64,000 nt of DNA from Candidatus Latescibacterota bacterium (GCA_965222605.1 OZ244960.1:1952001-2016000), one strand, 5' to 3'; positions 49,935-60,944 are shown, counted from the stretch's first letter. The notes: generated from the sequence alone by a model not told the origin. Numbers and translations: made by a program.

Positions 49935-52910
49935 ATGAGAAGACTTGTCTTATTGAGTCCTTTTCTGCTACTCCTGATCTGTCTATGTGCAAGAAATGCC
50001 TGGAGCGGTACAACGGGCAAACTCACCGGCGTGGTAGTAGATCAAAGTGGGGAGCCGCTTCCCGGCGCCAACGTGGTGATCAAAGAAATGCGGCGGGGCG
50101 CGAGCACAGATTCGGAAGGCAGATATTTTATTTTATCCGTGGACCCGGGCACATACCGGGTAGAAGCATCTCTGGTGGGCTATCAGTCCATCGCACAAGA
50201 AGATGTGAAGATGATTGTGGATTTTACCACAACAGTGGATTTCCGCCTGGTGGAAATGGCACTTGAAGGGGCAGAAATCGTAGTTGTGGCCGAGCGGCCC
50301 CTTGTTGAGCCGGACAAGACATCGACCAAATACGTGGTGACCTCCGAGGAGATCGAGGCATTGCCAATGGTGCGCAGTGTATCCGATTTTGCCGAGTTGC
50401 AAGGCGGTGTATCAGTAGATGGCAACTGGACCATCCGGGGTGGAGACGCGCCGGATGCCGCGGTGATTATCGACGGAGTCCGCCTGGTGAACAACGACCT
50501 CAGGGGATTTAACCGGTTTATGGGTGTAAACACCAACGCGATTGAGGAGTTGCAGGTCATCACCGGTGGGATGGAAGCGGAATACGGCAACGCGCAGGCC
50601 GGGATTATCCGGATCGTGACGCGAGACGGCAGCAACACATTGAGGGGCCTGGCAGAATACCGCAACACGCCGCCCTCTAAAAAGCACTGGGGACCAAATA
50701 TCTATGAGCATCCGACCGTGCTTCAACAGGATCTCCCGGACAACGCCTCTTTGCTGGACTACACGAGCACCTCAGGTCACGAGGTAGATCTAAGCCTGTC
50801 CGGACCGCTGGTAGGCGGTCTGCAATTTTTTGCCAGCACCAAGTGGGACGGCAGGGCACCGCGGTTTCCCGGGCCAACAACGCGGGTGCCGTGGAATACG
50901 CAGAATCACATGAAGTTAATCCAGCAGGTCAACCCCAATATGAAAGTGCGTGTAGGAGGTCTTTTTGAGCGGCACAAAGGCTATAACGGCGATTCCCGCG
51001 GCGTTGGAAGCAGCTTCCGCAATTTGTTCCTGCCCGATGATTTTGCCACAGCCGGCCACCGCTGGAACCAGGAAGACCTGATTTATTTGTCTGCTACGCA
51101 CACGATCACTTCTCGCACGTTTTACGAAGTGCGACTTTCGCGTTCGCACAGCAGCATAGAGACGGAGAACGGCCCGGAAGCCACCACAAAGTGGACCAGA
51201 AACGGTTATTTCAATATGGACCGCGCCTTTTTCCGCCCAGAGGATTCGGAGCGGATCCGGTGGAATCTGAAGACGGACATGTCCAGCCAGATAACGCGCT
51301 CCAACCTCATTAAAACGGGTCTGGATATTACGTATTACAACGTGTGGTGGACCTGGATTCAGCATTCCACTGAAGCGAACCGCACCATACGGTTTATCGG
51401 CCAGGACCACACCATCGGCGAAGGGGTGCACCCTCTGGAAATCGCTCTGTACCTGCAGGACCGGATCGAATTTGAAGGCATTGTACTCAATGCTGGCATC
51501 CGGTTGGACCGCTTCGACTTCCGCAGGGACGAACCTCATCCCTACCTGTGGGGAACCACGCCGATGTACGTGGGCCTGTTGCGCTTCCGCAATGCGCCGA
51601 CCGAACCGGCCGAGCCGATGATTCGATGGAGCCCGCGCCTGGGCATCTCCCATCCGATTACCGCAAAGTCAACGCTTCGGTTTTTCTACGGCAAGTTCAC
51701 CCAGCCGTTGCGATTTGATCACTGGTATCAGGAAGAGTGGGATTCCGGCACCACGGATGACCGCAATGGAGACGGCGTGGTGCAGGACTACGAATGGGGC
51801 AGTGGATATGTCAAGACACAGGGCCTGCTCCACGGCCACTCGGCATTCGCGCCTTATGAGCAGACCACGAGTTTTGAAGTGGGACTGGACTGGAACTTCG
51901 TGAGCGACTACGTGCTGAACCTGACCACGTATTACAAGAGCGCGATTGACCAGTCGCGCGCGGGCAGCCAGACCAATTATCGCGACCCATTGAAGAACGG
52001 AAAAAACATCGTGGGACCTTCCCACAGGATGGCCGGGTATTCAGAGGATAGTCGCGGGTTTGAAGTGAGCCTGAAAAAGCGGTTCTCTCACCACTTCGCC
52101 TTCCAGGTGGCATATAACGTGCAGTGGGCCACCGAAGACCAGTCGGGCTGGCGCGGCGCTTCCGCCTTCCCGGACTCGCTATTTTTCGCCAGCGGTCTGT
52201 TCTGGCGGCAGCATACCTACGACCTGAATACCGGTGTGGAGACGCCCGTGCCTATGCCCGAATCCGAGATCCAGAAATTCGGCTCTCAGGCGAACAGGAC
52301 ATTGCGCTCCTGGCAGGCTGGCGAGGTCAGCCTGGCGCCTTTCCGCAAGTCTTTCCCCGATCTGATGTATGAAGCACCCAACGGGGGCAAGATGTGGCTC
52401 TTCATGACGCTTTCGGGCGGTCGTGAATCCAGGCCGCGCATCAACGCAGACCAGCGCGCTTTCGGCAGCATCCAGGTGCTGGTATCCACCCCTGCGGACT
52501 TCGGTCCCACAATCGGGGAGATAAATCCGCTGGGCAATTGGCGCTCAAACATCATCTACCGCCTGGATACGGGTACGCCCTTCCAGTACTCGCCCCCCGA
52601 CGGGCCTACGGTGTGGGCAAATTCCCCGCTGAGGACCCGCGCGGACATGAGTCTGGAACGCAGTTTCCAATTGGGCAACCGCTATGAGGCTGTCTTTTAT
52701 ACGGAAATCAACAATTTGTTTAACACCCAGGACTTGCGCAACAACAACCAGTTCGACAACAATCAGCCTCCTTTCGACTGGATGCAGTGGGGTTTGACCA
52801 CGCCGCGTCCGGGCAATGCGAAATTTGAGCAATACGGAGATGAGCGCGTGTTGAACCGGTATATGGGCGCCCCCCGGCATGTGGCGCTGGGTTTGAGGGT
52901 AAAATTCTAA
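49935..52910 (+). CDS. TonB-dependent receptor
   Basis: GTTGKLTG, GEPLPGANV, GGMEAEYGNA, SPRLGISHPI, C-terminal F. Confidence 0.88.
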   Translation: MRRLVLLSPFLLLLICLCARNAWSGTTGKLTGVVVDQSGEPLPGANVVIKEMRRGASTDSEGRYFILSVDPGTYRVEASLVGYQSIAQEDVKMIVDFTTTVDFRLVEMALEGAEIVVVAERPLVEPDKTSTKYVVTSEEIEALPMVRSVSDFAELQGGVSVDGNWTIRGGDAPDAAVIIDGVRLVNNDLRGFNRFMGVNTNAIEELQVITGGMEAEYGNAQAGIIRIVTRDGSNTLRGLAEYRNTPPSKKHWGPNIYEHPTVLQQDLPDNASLLDYTSTSGHEVDLSLSGPLVGGLQFFASTKWDGRAPRFPGPTTRVPWNTQNHMKLIQQVNPNMKVRVGGLFERHKGYNGDSRGVGSSFRNLFLPDDFATAGHRWNQEDLIYLSATHTITSRTFYEVRLSRSHSSIETENGPEATTKWTRNGYFNMDRAFFRPEDSERIRWNLKTDMSSQITRSNLIKTGLDITYYNVWWTWIQHSTEANRTIRFIGQDHTIGEGVHPLEIALYLQDRIEFEGIVLNAGIRLDRFDFRRDEPHPYLWGTTPMYVGLLRFRNAPTEPAEPMIRWSPRLGISHPITAKSTLRFFYGKFTQPLRFDHWYQEEWDSGTTDDRNGDGVVQDYEWGSGYVKTQGLLHGHSAFAPYEQTTSFEVGLDWNFVSDYVLNLTTYYKSAIDQSRAGSQTNYRDPLKNGKNIVGPSHRMAGYSEDSRGFEVSLKKRFSHHFAFQVAYNVQWATEDQSGWRGASAFPDSLFFASGLFWRQHTYDLNTGVETPVPMPESEIQKFGSQANRTLRSWQAGEVSLAPFRKSFPDLMYEAPNGGKMWLFMTLSGGRESRPRINADQRAFGSIQVLVSTPADFGPTIGEINPLGNWRSNIIYRLDTGTPFQYSPPDGPTVWANSPLRTRADMSLERSFQLGNRYEAVFYTEINNLFNTQDLRNNNQFDNNQPPFDWMQWGLTTPRPGNAKFEQYGDERVLNRYMGAPRHVALGLRVKF

Positions 52911-52953
52911 CGGCGACAACCTTTTGTTGTCTCAATTACAAGGAGGTAGGACA

Positions 52954-55272
52954 ATGCGATTCAACGCACGTCCAATGTTATGGGGCCTTGTGGGAATACT
53001 GGCGCTGATGCTGTGCGCGCCGAGCATTGTGCAGGCCCAGAGCATGGAATATCTCAACCGGAGCAAGCTGTGGGATGGCGTGGTTGAAAACGGTGGATCC
53101 GGGATGATCTTCAACTACCAGAAGATTTACGAGCGGATCGGCCTGGCTTATCCGGGCATGCTACAGTTGAGCGGTTCGTATGGGGCGCGGAGTACCAAAT
53201 GGTACCAGTCCTCTGGTCAGGGCGTCTGGATTCTCCTGAAAGATGGGGGAACCTACGAGGTGTATTCCAGCGGAGGTCCGCGCTACAACAGCGATGGCGT
53301 TTTCCAGGTAGATTATCCCGCAGATCAGAGAGAAGAGCTGCATCAGGGCTATGACAACCAACCCATCAGCGACGACCCCTCGCTTTTGGAAACGCATGGC
53401 TTGCCGAGTTTTGTACAGCCCAACTACTGGGCCGGCGTGGCGCCGCCGAGTGCGCGTCCCGTAAATATCCACAACTGGACCTATGGGGAATATGCGACCC
53501 CGGATAAGGACAGCTATGGCGAGCAGGTCGTGATCGCCCATTGGCGGGCAGGCGATATTCTGGGCACGCGCAAAGGCCGGGTGTGGAGCCATCCAGATTA
53601 CGACGACTTCATCATTTACGAGTTGACATTCGAGAACGTGGGTGACAAACCCTTGAATGACACGTACTTTGCGATGAACAACATCTTTCGGCCCGCCCAG
53701 CCCGGGCATATTTTTACGGGTGGCTATCCGCTCTGGTATGCCGGAAGCAATACGGCTGCCTATGACGACCACTACAAATACACGGGATCGCCGAGCTATG
53801 TGGGGCCTCCAGGTGTATCTGCCGGGGCCATTGCAAAGGCGCGGATGAGCTACAGCTATGATGGGGATTATCCCCTCAGTCCACACGATGACAGGGGAGA
53901 GCCGCTGGTCAAATCGCGTGAAAGCCCGCTCTATCCGCCGCAGATCGACCGCCCCGAAGGCACGCTGCTGTCGGCCGTGTACATAGGCTTTGCCACCATC
54001 GATGCAGACCCCACCGACGGGTTTGCCCACGAGCCGGATGCGGCGTCTAAGTACGTCGCGCCAAAAGTGGCTGAACAGCCTGTTTCGGTCAATTGGTACC
54101 AGGTGCGCAATCGATCGGACTACGACGACCCGCACGAAGCGCAGCACTCGGACGAGCAGATGTACAACATGATTACGGCCTCAACGCCAGCCGACCCCAC
54201 AGAAGTATCCGCATACGCTCACACCCAGGCCTGGGGACCTTATGATCTGGGACCGGGCGAGAAAGCCAAGGTGGTGACGGCTTATGTGGCTGCTCAGGCG
54301 TCTGGTCACGATAAGTACAAAGACCAGGTTCAGCCCTATGATTGGTACTGGATGTTTGAAGGCAAGAAGGACGAAATCGACCTGGGCGAAGAAGTGCTCT
54401 TTAAGCATCTGGAGAGAGCGCAAAGTGCCTACGAACTGGACTACAACGTGCCCAACCAGCCGCCAGACGTGTACTTCGAGATCCGCAGCAATGCCGACGG
54501 CAACTTTGCCGTGAGCTGGTCTGGCGACGTGATGGATGCGCGCGATCCCGACTACACGGGCGCTGAGGCTCAGGACATAGCTGGATTTCGCGTCTATGTG
54601 TCGCGTCAGGCCTTTTTCGGTCCATGGGATCTGGCCGTCGAGGTAAAAACCGATCCCGCCTCGGGTCCCCTCAACCTGCCCGATGGCGTGACCTATGACG
54701 GTTCTACCAATTTCTTTTCCTGGACAGATACCGAGTCGCTGCCCGGCTTTGCCTATTGGTACATTGTGCGGGCTTTTGACAAGGGCCACGACCACTGGAC
54801 AGGTGCAAATGGCAAAACCTTAGCCGACCTGCCCCCCGATGTGCAGGATAATGTGCGCATGGGCCTGGAAGGCGGACACAGTTCGCAAAACCAGATCAGC
54901 TATCACAACGGCGTCCGCCCCGTGGTGATTTCCAGTTCGGCATTCGACCGCATGGAAGTGCCGATTCAAGTGGTGCCCAATCCATTCCATCTGACGGACG
55001 AGGCCGGCCACTACAAGGCATCTAAAAATATGCGATTCACGGGGTTGCCGCGCCATGCCCGCATCAGCATCTACTCTATATCGGGCAACTTGATCGTCAC
55101 CAAAATCCACAACAACGCATCGCAAGGTGAGGCTGTGTGGAAACAGAACACGATGCATTCGGGCAACGTGACCGAGCGACTCGGCAGCGGCGTGTATTTC
55201 TGGGTGGTGGAGTCCTTAGTTCCGGGCAGTGAAGGCAAGACACAGACCGGCACATTGATGATTATTCGATAA
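52954..55272 (+). CDS. Secreted protein with FN3-like and T9SS-like C-terminal domain
   Basis: Signal peptide; DIAGFRVY; IQVVPNPF...ISIYSISGNLI...SGVYF...GTLMIIR; paralogous to 44200-46269. Confidence 0.8.
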   Translation: MRFNARPMLWGLVGILALMLCAPSIVQAQSMEYLNRSKLWDGVVENGGSGMIFNYQKIYERIGLAYPGMLQLSGSYGARSTKWYQSSGQGVWILLKDGGTYEVYSSGGPRYNSDGVFQVDYPADQREELHQGYDNQPISDDPSLLETHGLPSFVQPNYWAGVAPPSARPVNIHNWTYGEYATPDKDSYGEQVVIAHWRAGDILGTRKGRVWSHPDYDDFIIYELTFENVGDKPLNDTYFAMNNIFRPAQPGHIFTGGYPLWYAGSNTAAYDDHYKYTGSPSYVGPPGVSAGAIAKARMSYSYDGDYPLSPHDDRGEPLVKSRESPLYPPQIDRPEGTLLSAVYIGFATIDADPTDGFAHEPDAASKYVAPKVAEQPVSVNWYQVRNRSDYDDPHEAQHSDEQMYNMITASTPADPTEVSAYAHTQAWGPYDLGPGEKAKVVTAYVAAQASGHDKYKDQVQPYDWYWMFEGKKDEIDLGEEVLFKHLERAQSAYELDYNVPNQPPDVYFEIRSNADGNFAVSWSGDVMDARDPDYTGAEAQDIAGFRVYVSRQAFFGPWDLAVEVKTDPASGPLNLPDGVTYDGSTNFFSWTDTESLPGFAYWYIVRAFDKGHDHWTGANGKTLADLPPDVQDNVRMGLEGGHSSQNQISYHNGVRPVVISSSAFDRMEVPIQVVPNPFHLTDEAGHYKASKNMRFTGLPRHARISIYSISGNLIVTKIHNNASQGEAVWKQNTMHSGNVTERLGSGVYFWVVESLVPGSEGKTQTGTLMIIR

Positions 55273-55290
55273 TGAGGAGGAGGCCAAAAC

Positions 55291-56280
55291 ATGAATAGAA
55301 AGACCCTCTTAATCGGACTGACTATGGCCCTTATGGTCGGGCTTTCGGCCCCTTCCGCATTGGCCGAAGAAGTCAAGTCCGGTTTTCGGCGCACAGCTTC
55401 TACCGGCTTTGGATTCCTGCTGGTGGGGCAGAGCGCTCGGGCCACGGCGATGGGCGAAGCCTATATGCCTATTGCCAACGATATCAACGCGATCTTCTGG
55501 AATCCCGCGGGGCTGGTCGCCATCGAACGCGGGGCTTTTTCCGCCACGTACACGCGCTGGCTGGTCAACTCGAAGCTGTATTCGGGGGCCGTGTCCTATA
55601 ATATCCCATTCGGGACATTGGGCGTCAGCGTCATTTCGTTTGCACCTGAGCAATTTGAAGAGACTACGATCTTCGAGCCACAGGGCACGGGCGAGATGGT
55701 CAACGGCAATGGCACGGCTATCGGGCTTGTATTTGCCAAGCGCCTGACCAATAAATTGTCGTTTGGGTTGGAGATGCGCTACTTGCAGCAGAACCTGCAC
55801 AGAGAACAGATCACCCACGTCGATTTCGGGGTGTCCAGCATGTTTGCCACCGGCTTTGCCAGCAGCCGCATCGGCATGTCGCTGAAAAACTTCGGCGCAG
55901 ACAAAGCCGTCGTGACCGACGATCCATTCCGGATGCCAATGGTATTCAATTTTGGTGCCGCCATGGAAATTATCGGCAATTTGGGCGATCCCATTTCATT
56001 GACATTATCGCTGGTCAATACCTATGATCTGGAGGTAGAGAAAGAGCAGTTCAAAGTGGGCACAGAGCTGTGGTTGCAAAATATGCTGGCCCTGCGCGCG
56101 GGCTATAAGTTCGACAAAGGTCTCTTTGGATACAACAGAGATATCTATAGCTGGTCTATTGGCGCGGGGGTAAAGCAGAGTTTCGCCGGGCGGAGTCTCA
56201 CGGTTGACTTCTCGTATGCGGCCGTGGATGAAGTCGCGTTTTCCGCGCCGCTGCGATTGACACTTAGCGGGACATTCTAA
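55291..56280 (+). CDS. PorV/PorQ-family outer-membrane beta-barrel
   Basis: FLLVGQSARATAMGEA, FWNPAGL, LRAGY, C-terminal F. Confidence 0.85.
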   Translation: MNRKTLLIGLTMALMVGLSAPSALAEEVKSGFRRTASTGFGFLLVGQSARATAMGEAYMPIANDINAIFWNPAGLVAIERGAFSATYTRWLVNSKLYSGAVSYNIPFGTLGVSVISFAPEQFEETTIFEPQGTGEMVNGNGTAIGLVFAKRLTNKLSFGLEMRYLQQNLHREQITHVDFGVSSMFATGFASSRIGMSLKNFGADKAVVTDDPFRMPMVFNFGAAMEIIGNLGDPISLTLSLVNTYDLEVEKEQFKVGTELWLQNMLALRAGYKFDKGLFGYNRDIYSWSIGAGVKQSFAGRSLTVDFSYAAVDEVAFSAPLRLTLSGTF

Positions 56281-56380
56281 TGCGCTCATTCGCATAAACG
56301 CCCATGCATTTCTGGCGGCGGTCCAGTAAGGATAGGGCCGCCGCCTCTTTATTGATCGGCTCGATATTAAAGGATCTGTC

Positions 56381-58345
56381 GTGGCGATTTCCGAACGCAC
56401 AACTGAGGCACCAGAAGCAGTTGTAGAACCCCATGGCGTGACGCTCAGGGCCTTTGTCCTGGCAATGATCACCATTGCCGGGGTGTGTCTTTTTGCGACC
56501 TATTACGGGCGGAACTTGATGAAGAGTTTTTTGCCCGTAACCGCATTGCTGCCCCTCGTGGTGTGGATCGGGATCAACACCGCGTTAAAACTGACAGTGC
56601 CCCGATTTGCATTGTCGCGCAGCGAAGTGGTGACGATTTTTGGGATTGTGTGGATGGTATCTACGGTGCCCGCGATCGGATGGGTGGGGTATTTGATCAC
56701 GGATATTTCGGCACCAGCGGCATTTTCCTCACCCGAAAATCGGTTCTGGGAAGTGGCGGGTCAGTACCTGCCCCGGTGGTTATTTATGGATCGGGGCAGC
56801 GAAGTGGTAGAGCGGCTATACGTGGGATTGGGCCACAGAGACGAGATCCCCTGGGCGCACTGGGTCGTTCCGCTGTTCTGGTGGTTTGTGGGAAGTCTGT
56901 CTCTGGTGCTGGCCGGGTTTTTTGCCAGCGTGCTGTTTTACAAACAGTGGCTGATGCACGAGCGCCTATCATTCCCCCTGGCGACCGTACCCCTGGCACT
57001 TTTGGAAGAAACCGAGGGCAGCCGGGTTCCCGACGTGTTCAAAGACTGGGTTTTCTGGATCGGGTTTGCGTGTACAGCCGGCGTGATTTTCTGGAATATC
57101 ACTGGCTATTTTGTCTTGACATTGCCCCGCATCACGATCTACGACCACTGGCTGACCACAGCGGTAGATACGGGACAGTATATCCCCACGATCTATTTGC
57201 GCATTCACCCCCTGATGATGGGTCTGGCCTATTTGTGCCCGCTAAATATTTTAATGAGTTTCTGGTTTTTTTTTCTCGTCAATGCGTTTAAGATGACGGT
57301 GATGAACCGCACGGGCTTTACCATCGGGTTGCAGGGCCAGACAGCCGCTCCCGAAGAGATATTGATGCTGGAGGCTCACGGGGCACTGGTTTTTCTGGTT
57401 ATCTGGTCGGTATGGGTTGCCCGGGACCACCTGAAAGAGACGCTGCAGAAGGCTTTCGGAGACCTGCGCTCACAAGACGATGGGGTGCCGGTATCCTATC
57501 GCACGGCCTGGCTGGGGCTTTTAAGTGCCACGGTTTTTTTTACGGGTTTTTTGCTCTCAATGGGCATCAGTCTGCCCTCGGCAATGGTGCAGATGGGGCT
57601 TCTGTTCATCATCTACTTTGGGGTAACCAAGTTTGCGGCGGCCACGGGCTATGTGTTCCTCGCACCCCAGGGAGAAAAAGGCTGGCAGATTATGAAGGCG
57701 CTCTACGGGACATTAAATATTTCGAGCCGGGATCTGACGGGTTTGATAGTGGTGAGCCGAAATGCCCTTGCCGGCGCGCCAGCCCGCATGCTATCTGTGC
57801 CAGCAATTCCCCATTTTTTTAAGCTCCTGGGCAATGGGCTACAGCGTTCCTGGGCTATCGTGGGCGTGTTGCCCGTTGCCCTTTTGGGAGCATTTGTGGT
57901 GGCCTGTGCCGCACAACTTTACGTATGTTATATGGAAGGCGGATTGAATTACGCCTATATGCCCGACTGGCGACACATGGTCAGACAAGTGTCGCTGATC
58001 GAAGGAACACAGCCGGCGTATTTCGATCTGGACAAAACCATAGTGTGGTTTATAGGTATTGCCGAGGCGGGATTACTGACGCTTTTGGGCATGCGATACA
58101 CAGCCTGGCCAATTCACCCATTCGGTCTGGCTTTTCCAGACAACCGATTTCGCTACGGGTTTGGGATTTTTATCGTGTGGCTGGCCAAGTCATTGACATT
58201 GCGCTTTGGTGGGGTGAGTCTCTACCGCCGATCGCTGCCGTTTTGGTATGGTATTGTGGTGGGATATCTGGTGGGAGTGGGAGCTTCGACAGTGGTAGAT
58301 GCGATCTGGTTTCCATTGAACCGGCATTTCGTACACGGATGGTAA
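56381..58345 (+). CDS. Polytopic membrane protein (DUF6785/DUF6784-like, possible transporter)
   Basis: Many TM segments; SPENRFWE, KQWLMHERLSFPL, WPIHPFG, LRFGGVSLYRR. Confidence 0.75.
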   Translation: MAISERTTEAPEAVVEPHGVTLRAFVLAMITIAGVCLFATYYGRNLMKSFLPVTALLPLVVWIGINTALKLTVPRFALSRSEVVTIFGIVWMVSTVPAIGWVGYLITDISAPAAFSSPENRFWEVAGQYLPRWLFMDRGSEVVERLYVGLGHRDEIPWAHWVVPLFWWFVGSLSLVLAGFFASVLFYKQWLMHERLSFPLATVPLALLEETEGSRVPDVFKDWVFWIGFACTAGVIFWNITGYFVLTLPRITIYDHWLTTAVDTGQYIPTIYLRIHPLMMGLAYLCPLNILMSFWFFFLVNAFKMTVMNRTGFTIGLQGQTAAPEEILMLEAHGALVFLVIWSVWVARDHLKETLQKAFGDLRSQDDGVPVSYRTAWLGLLSATVFFTGFLLSMGISLPSAMVQMGLLFIIYFGVTKFAAATGYVFLAPQGEKGWQIMKALYGTLNISSRDLTGLIVVSRNALAGAPARMLSVPAIPHFFKLLGNGLQRSWAIVGVLPVALLGAFVVACAAQLYVCYMEGGLNYAYMPDWRHMVRQVSLIEGTQPAYFDLDKTIVWFIGIAEAGLLTLLGMRYTAWPIHPFGLAFPDNRFRYGFGIFIVWLAKSLTLRFGGVSLYRRSLPFWYGIVVGYLVGVGASTVVDAIWFPLNRHFVHGW

Positions 58346-58367
58346 CGAGCGATACAGGAGGTGTGTC

Positions 58368-60845
58368 ATGGTGCGTCTTGCATTTGTGGTAATACTGATG
58401 TTCTCCTCGGCAACGGCCTTTGCTATGACCAAAGCGGATTCACTAACCGCGCTGGGTGAAGAGCAGATGGCGACTGGTTTATTCGAAGCGGCAGTCGAGA
58501 CATTTGGGCAATTGGCCAGAGCCAAACCCGAAGATGTCGAGGTGCAAACGCAACTGGGGTATGCGTACTTGAAAGCGAAAAATTACGAGGCTGCCGAGAA
58601 GGCCTTTAAGGCGGCCAAAAAACTGGACAAGACCTTTGTCCCCGCCTATGTCGGGCTGGGGATGGCCTATGTGGAAGGACCGGCAAAGGGTTTGGAAGCC
58701 GTATATCACTTTCGACGCGCAGTGGGGGAAGCCAAACGGTCGACCAAACTCGACCCGGATTACGCGCCGGCCTATCGACTTTTGAGCGAACTCTACGAGC
58801 GGTTTCGAGAGGACCACGAAAAGGCGATCACATACTATTTGCAATACCTGAAACTGGAGCCAGACAACCCGGAGGGGCTTTATTCTTTCGGGCTGGTCTG
58901 CATTCAGGCAGGGCAATACGACAAAATCGAGCGGTATATCATCCCCTATCTGAAGACCCATCCCGACGCCGTCCAGCTCCTGCCTCTAACTGCGCAGAGC
59001 TACTTCTTTCTGGAACATTACCAGGCTGCGCTGGAACATTTTGAGCGTTATTTGCAGCACCAGGACGAGGCGGAGCGGGCGCATTATATCGATATTTCTC
59101 TCGTGGCCTCCGGAAAAGAGCGCCAGGCCTATAAGGCCCTATCCGATGAAGGCGAGCGACAGACCTATCTGAAAGGATTCTGGAGGCGACGGGACCCCGA
59201 TATTCTGACCGGGATCAACGAGCGGATCATTGAGCACTATCGCCGGGTGTGGTACGCGCGGACATTCTTCTCCAAATACGAACAACTCTGGGACAAGCGC
59301 GGGGAGGTCTATATCCGCTATGGAGAACCCGATCACCGCGCCCGGTCTATCGAGCGGCAGGTGCGTGTAAGCCCTGAGGTCGAGGCAGTGCGCACACAAA
59401 TGGCGGTCGATATGTACGGCCCAGAGGCTGCGTACCTGACGTTTAGCGGTCCGGTTTTTCCGGTAAAGGTGCAGCGCGATCCCTATAGCACCAGCGTGAC
59501 ATTCAACGCCCCAGACGAATTGCTCGAAGCAACGCTGGCTCGCCCGGGAGGAGAAGCGCCCGCGTCAAATCTGGACGGGGAAGACGATGTGCTGGTGACC
59601 CAGGCAGAACAGGGGGGCCTGGAGAGCCTCGAAGCCCAGGTATTTCAGGACGTACCTGGCGAATCGGAATTCGTGAACCAGCGCAACGAGGCCTGGCGGG
59701 TGAATCCCCGGTTTGGATTTGAAGATTACGCGCCCGTAACGCTCGACTCAGAATTACAGGCTGTACCCTGGGAGGCATGGACCTACACACAACTCGGGCG
59801 CGGCGTGGAGTTCACCTTTACCGACGAACTCTCCAGCGGTCGATTTGAATTTGCCCCAATGCCAACCACGCCCACAGGAGAACGGGTCATCAGCAAGATC
59901 GGACGCCTGACCGAACACGCCCCAGCAGTGATGTTCGAACGGGTCCAGAACAAGACGCCCGATTATTACCGCCCGGGAATAGGCAAAGCCCCGCTGCACT
60001 TTTTTTACGACCTGGCCGCTTTCCGAGGACCCGGCGAGCAGACCACGCTGGAAGTCTATTACGGCGTGCCACCAGGAGAAGTGAAAATCGGACAAGCAGA
60101 AGAACAGGACTATATCCGGGTACAGGCGGCATTGGCACTGGCCGACGCGGGCCATACGCATATTTACAGAGAAGCCGAGGTCTTTTTGTACGAACGCCCC
60201 CAAAACGAGGGGTTTAGCCGGGCTAAAGGCGTATTTGTGCCCGATGTATTGACACTGAATATTCCGCCGGGCAAATACGAGCTTCAGGTACAACTCAAAG
60301 ATATGAATTCGGGACGGGTGGGGCTTTATAAACAGGCCGTGGATGTGCGGGATTACGCGCAGGAAACGCTTCAGATTAGCGATATTGAACTGGCTTATGA
60401 CATCGGCGAGAAGCCGTCGAACACCCGGTTTTTGAAGGAAGACATCTGGGTCGTGCCAATGCCTTCTCGAGCGTATGCCGGATCGCAAAAGGTTTATGTT
60501 TATTTTGAACTCTACAATTTGAAGCAGGACCCATTTGGTCAGACTCGCTATAAAGTGCAATATCTAATTCGATACAACCCCAGGGCAATATCTGGTATTC
60601 TGGGTTCGGTTGCCACGGGATTGAGCGCGTTTATCAAATACCGCAAACCGCAGGTATCCGTGAGTTATGAACAGGTGGGCACGGATACGCGCACGCGCGA
60701 ATACGTCGAACTGGACTTACAAAAGGTCAAGCGCGGTGTTAATGTGCTGGAGATTCAGATTACGGATCTCGTGAGCGGTGAACAAACCAGTAGAGCGGTG
60801 AGTTTTCAATATGGATCCGCAGATGACGCAGATGAACGCAGATAA
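58368..60845 (+). CDS. TPR-repeat plus GWxTD-domain protein
   Basis: Signal peptide, TPRs, FWRRRDP...NE...EHYRRV..A...WDKRGEVYIRYGEPD. Confidence 0.82.
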   Translation: MVRLAFVVILMFSSATAFAMTKADSLTALGEEQMATGLFEAAVETFGQLARAKPEDVEVQTQLGYAYLKAKNYEAAEKAFKAAKKLDKTFVPAYVGLGMAYVEGPAKGLEAVYHFRRAVGEAKRSTKLDPDYAPAYRLLSELYERFREDHEKAITYYLQYLKLEPDNPEGLYSFGLVCIQAGQYDKIERYIIPYLKTHPDAVQLLPLTAQSYFFLEHYQAALEHFERYLQHQDEAERAHYIDISLVASGKERQAYKALSDEGERQTYLKGFWRRRDPDILTGINERIIEHYRRVWYARTFFSKYEQLWDKRGEVYIRYGEPDHRARSIERQVRVSPEVEAVRTQMAVDMYGPEAAYLTFSGPVFPVKVQRDPYSTSVTFNAPDELLEATLARPGGEAPASNLDGEDDVLVTQAEQGGLESLEAQVFQDVPGESEFVNQRNEAWRVNPRFGFEDYAPVTLDSELQAVPWEAWTYTQLGRGVEFTFTDELSSGRFEFAPMPTTPTGERVISKIGRLTEHAPAVMFERVQNKTPDYYRPGIGKAPLHFFYDLAAFRGPGEQTTLEVYYGVPPGEVKIGQAEEQDYIRVQAALALADAGHTHIYREAEVFLYERPQNEGFSRAKGVFVPDVLTLNIPPGKYELQVQLKDMNSGRVGLYKQAVDVRDYAQETLQISDIELAYDIGEKPSNTRFLKEDIWVVPMPSRAYAGSQKVYVYFELYNLKQDPFGQTRYKVQYLIRYNPRAISGILGSVATGLSAFIKYRKPQVSVSYEQVGTDTRTREYVELDLQKVKRGVNVLEIQITDLVSGEQTSRAVSFQYGSADDADERR

Positions 60846-60884
60846 ATAAGAGAGGGGCTGGGGGCTGGTTTCGCACCATCATTT

Positions 60885-60932
60885 AATAGGCACCTGACGG
60901 AGCGTATCTTATCCGTCGGTGCCTATTTTTTT
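60885..60932 (+). terminator. Rho-independent terminator
   Basis: AATAGGCACCTGACGGA...TCCGTCGGTGCCTATTTTTTT. Confidence 0.8.
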
Positions 60933-60944
60933 CTTGAGCCTTAT

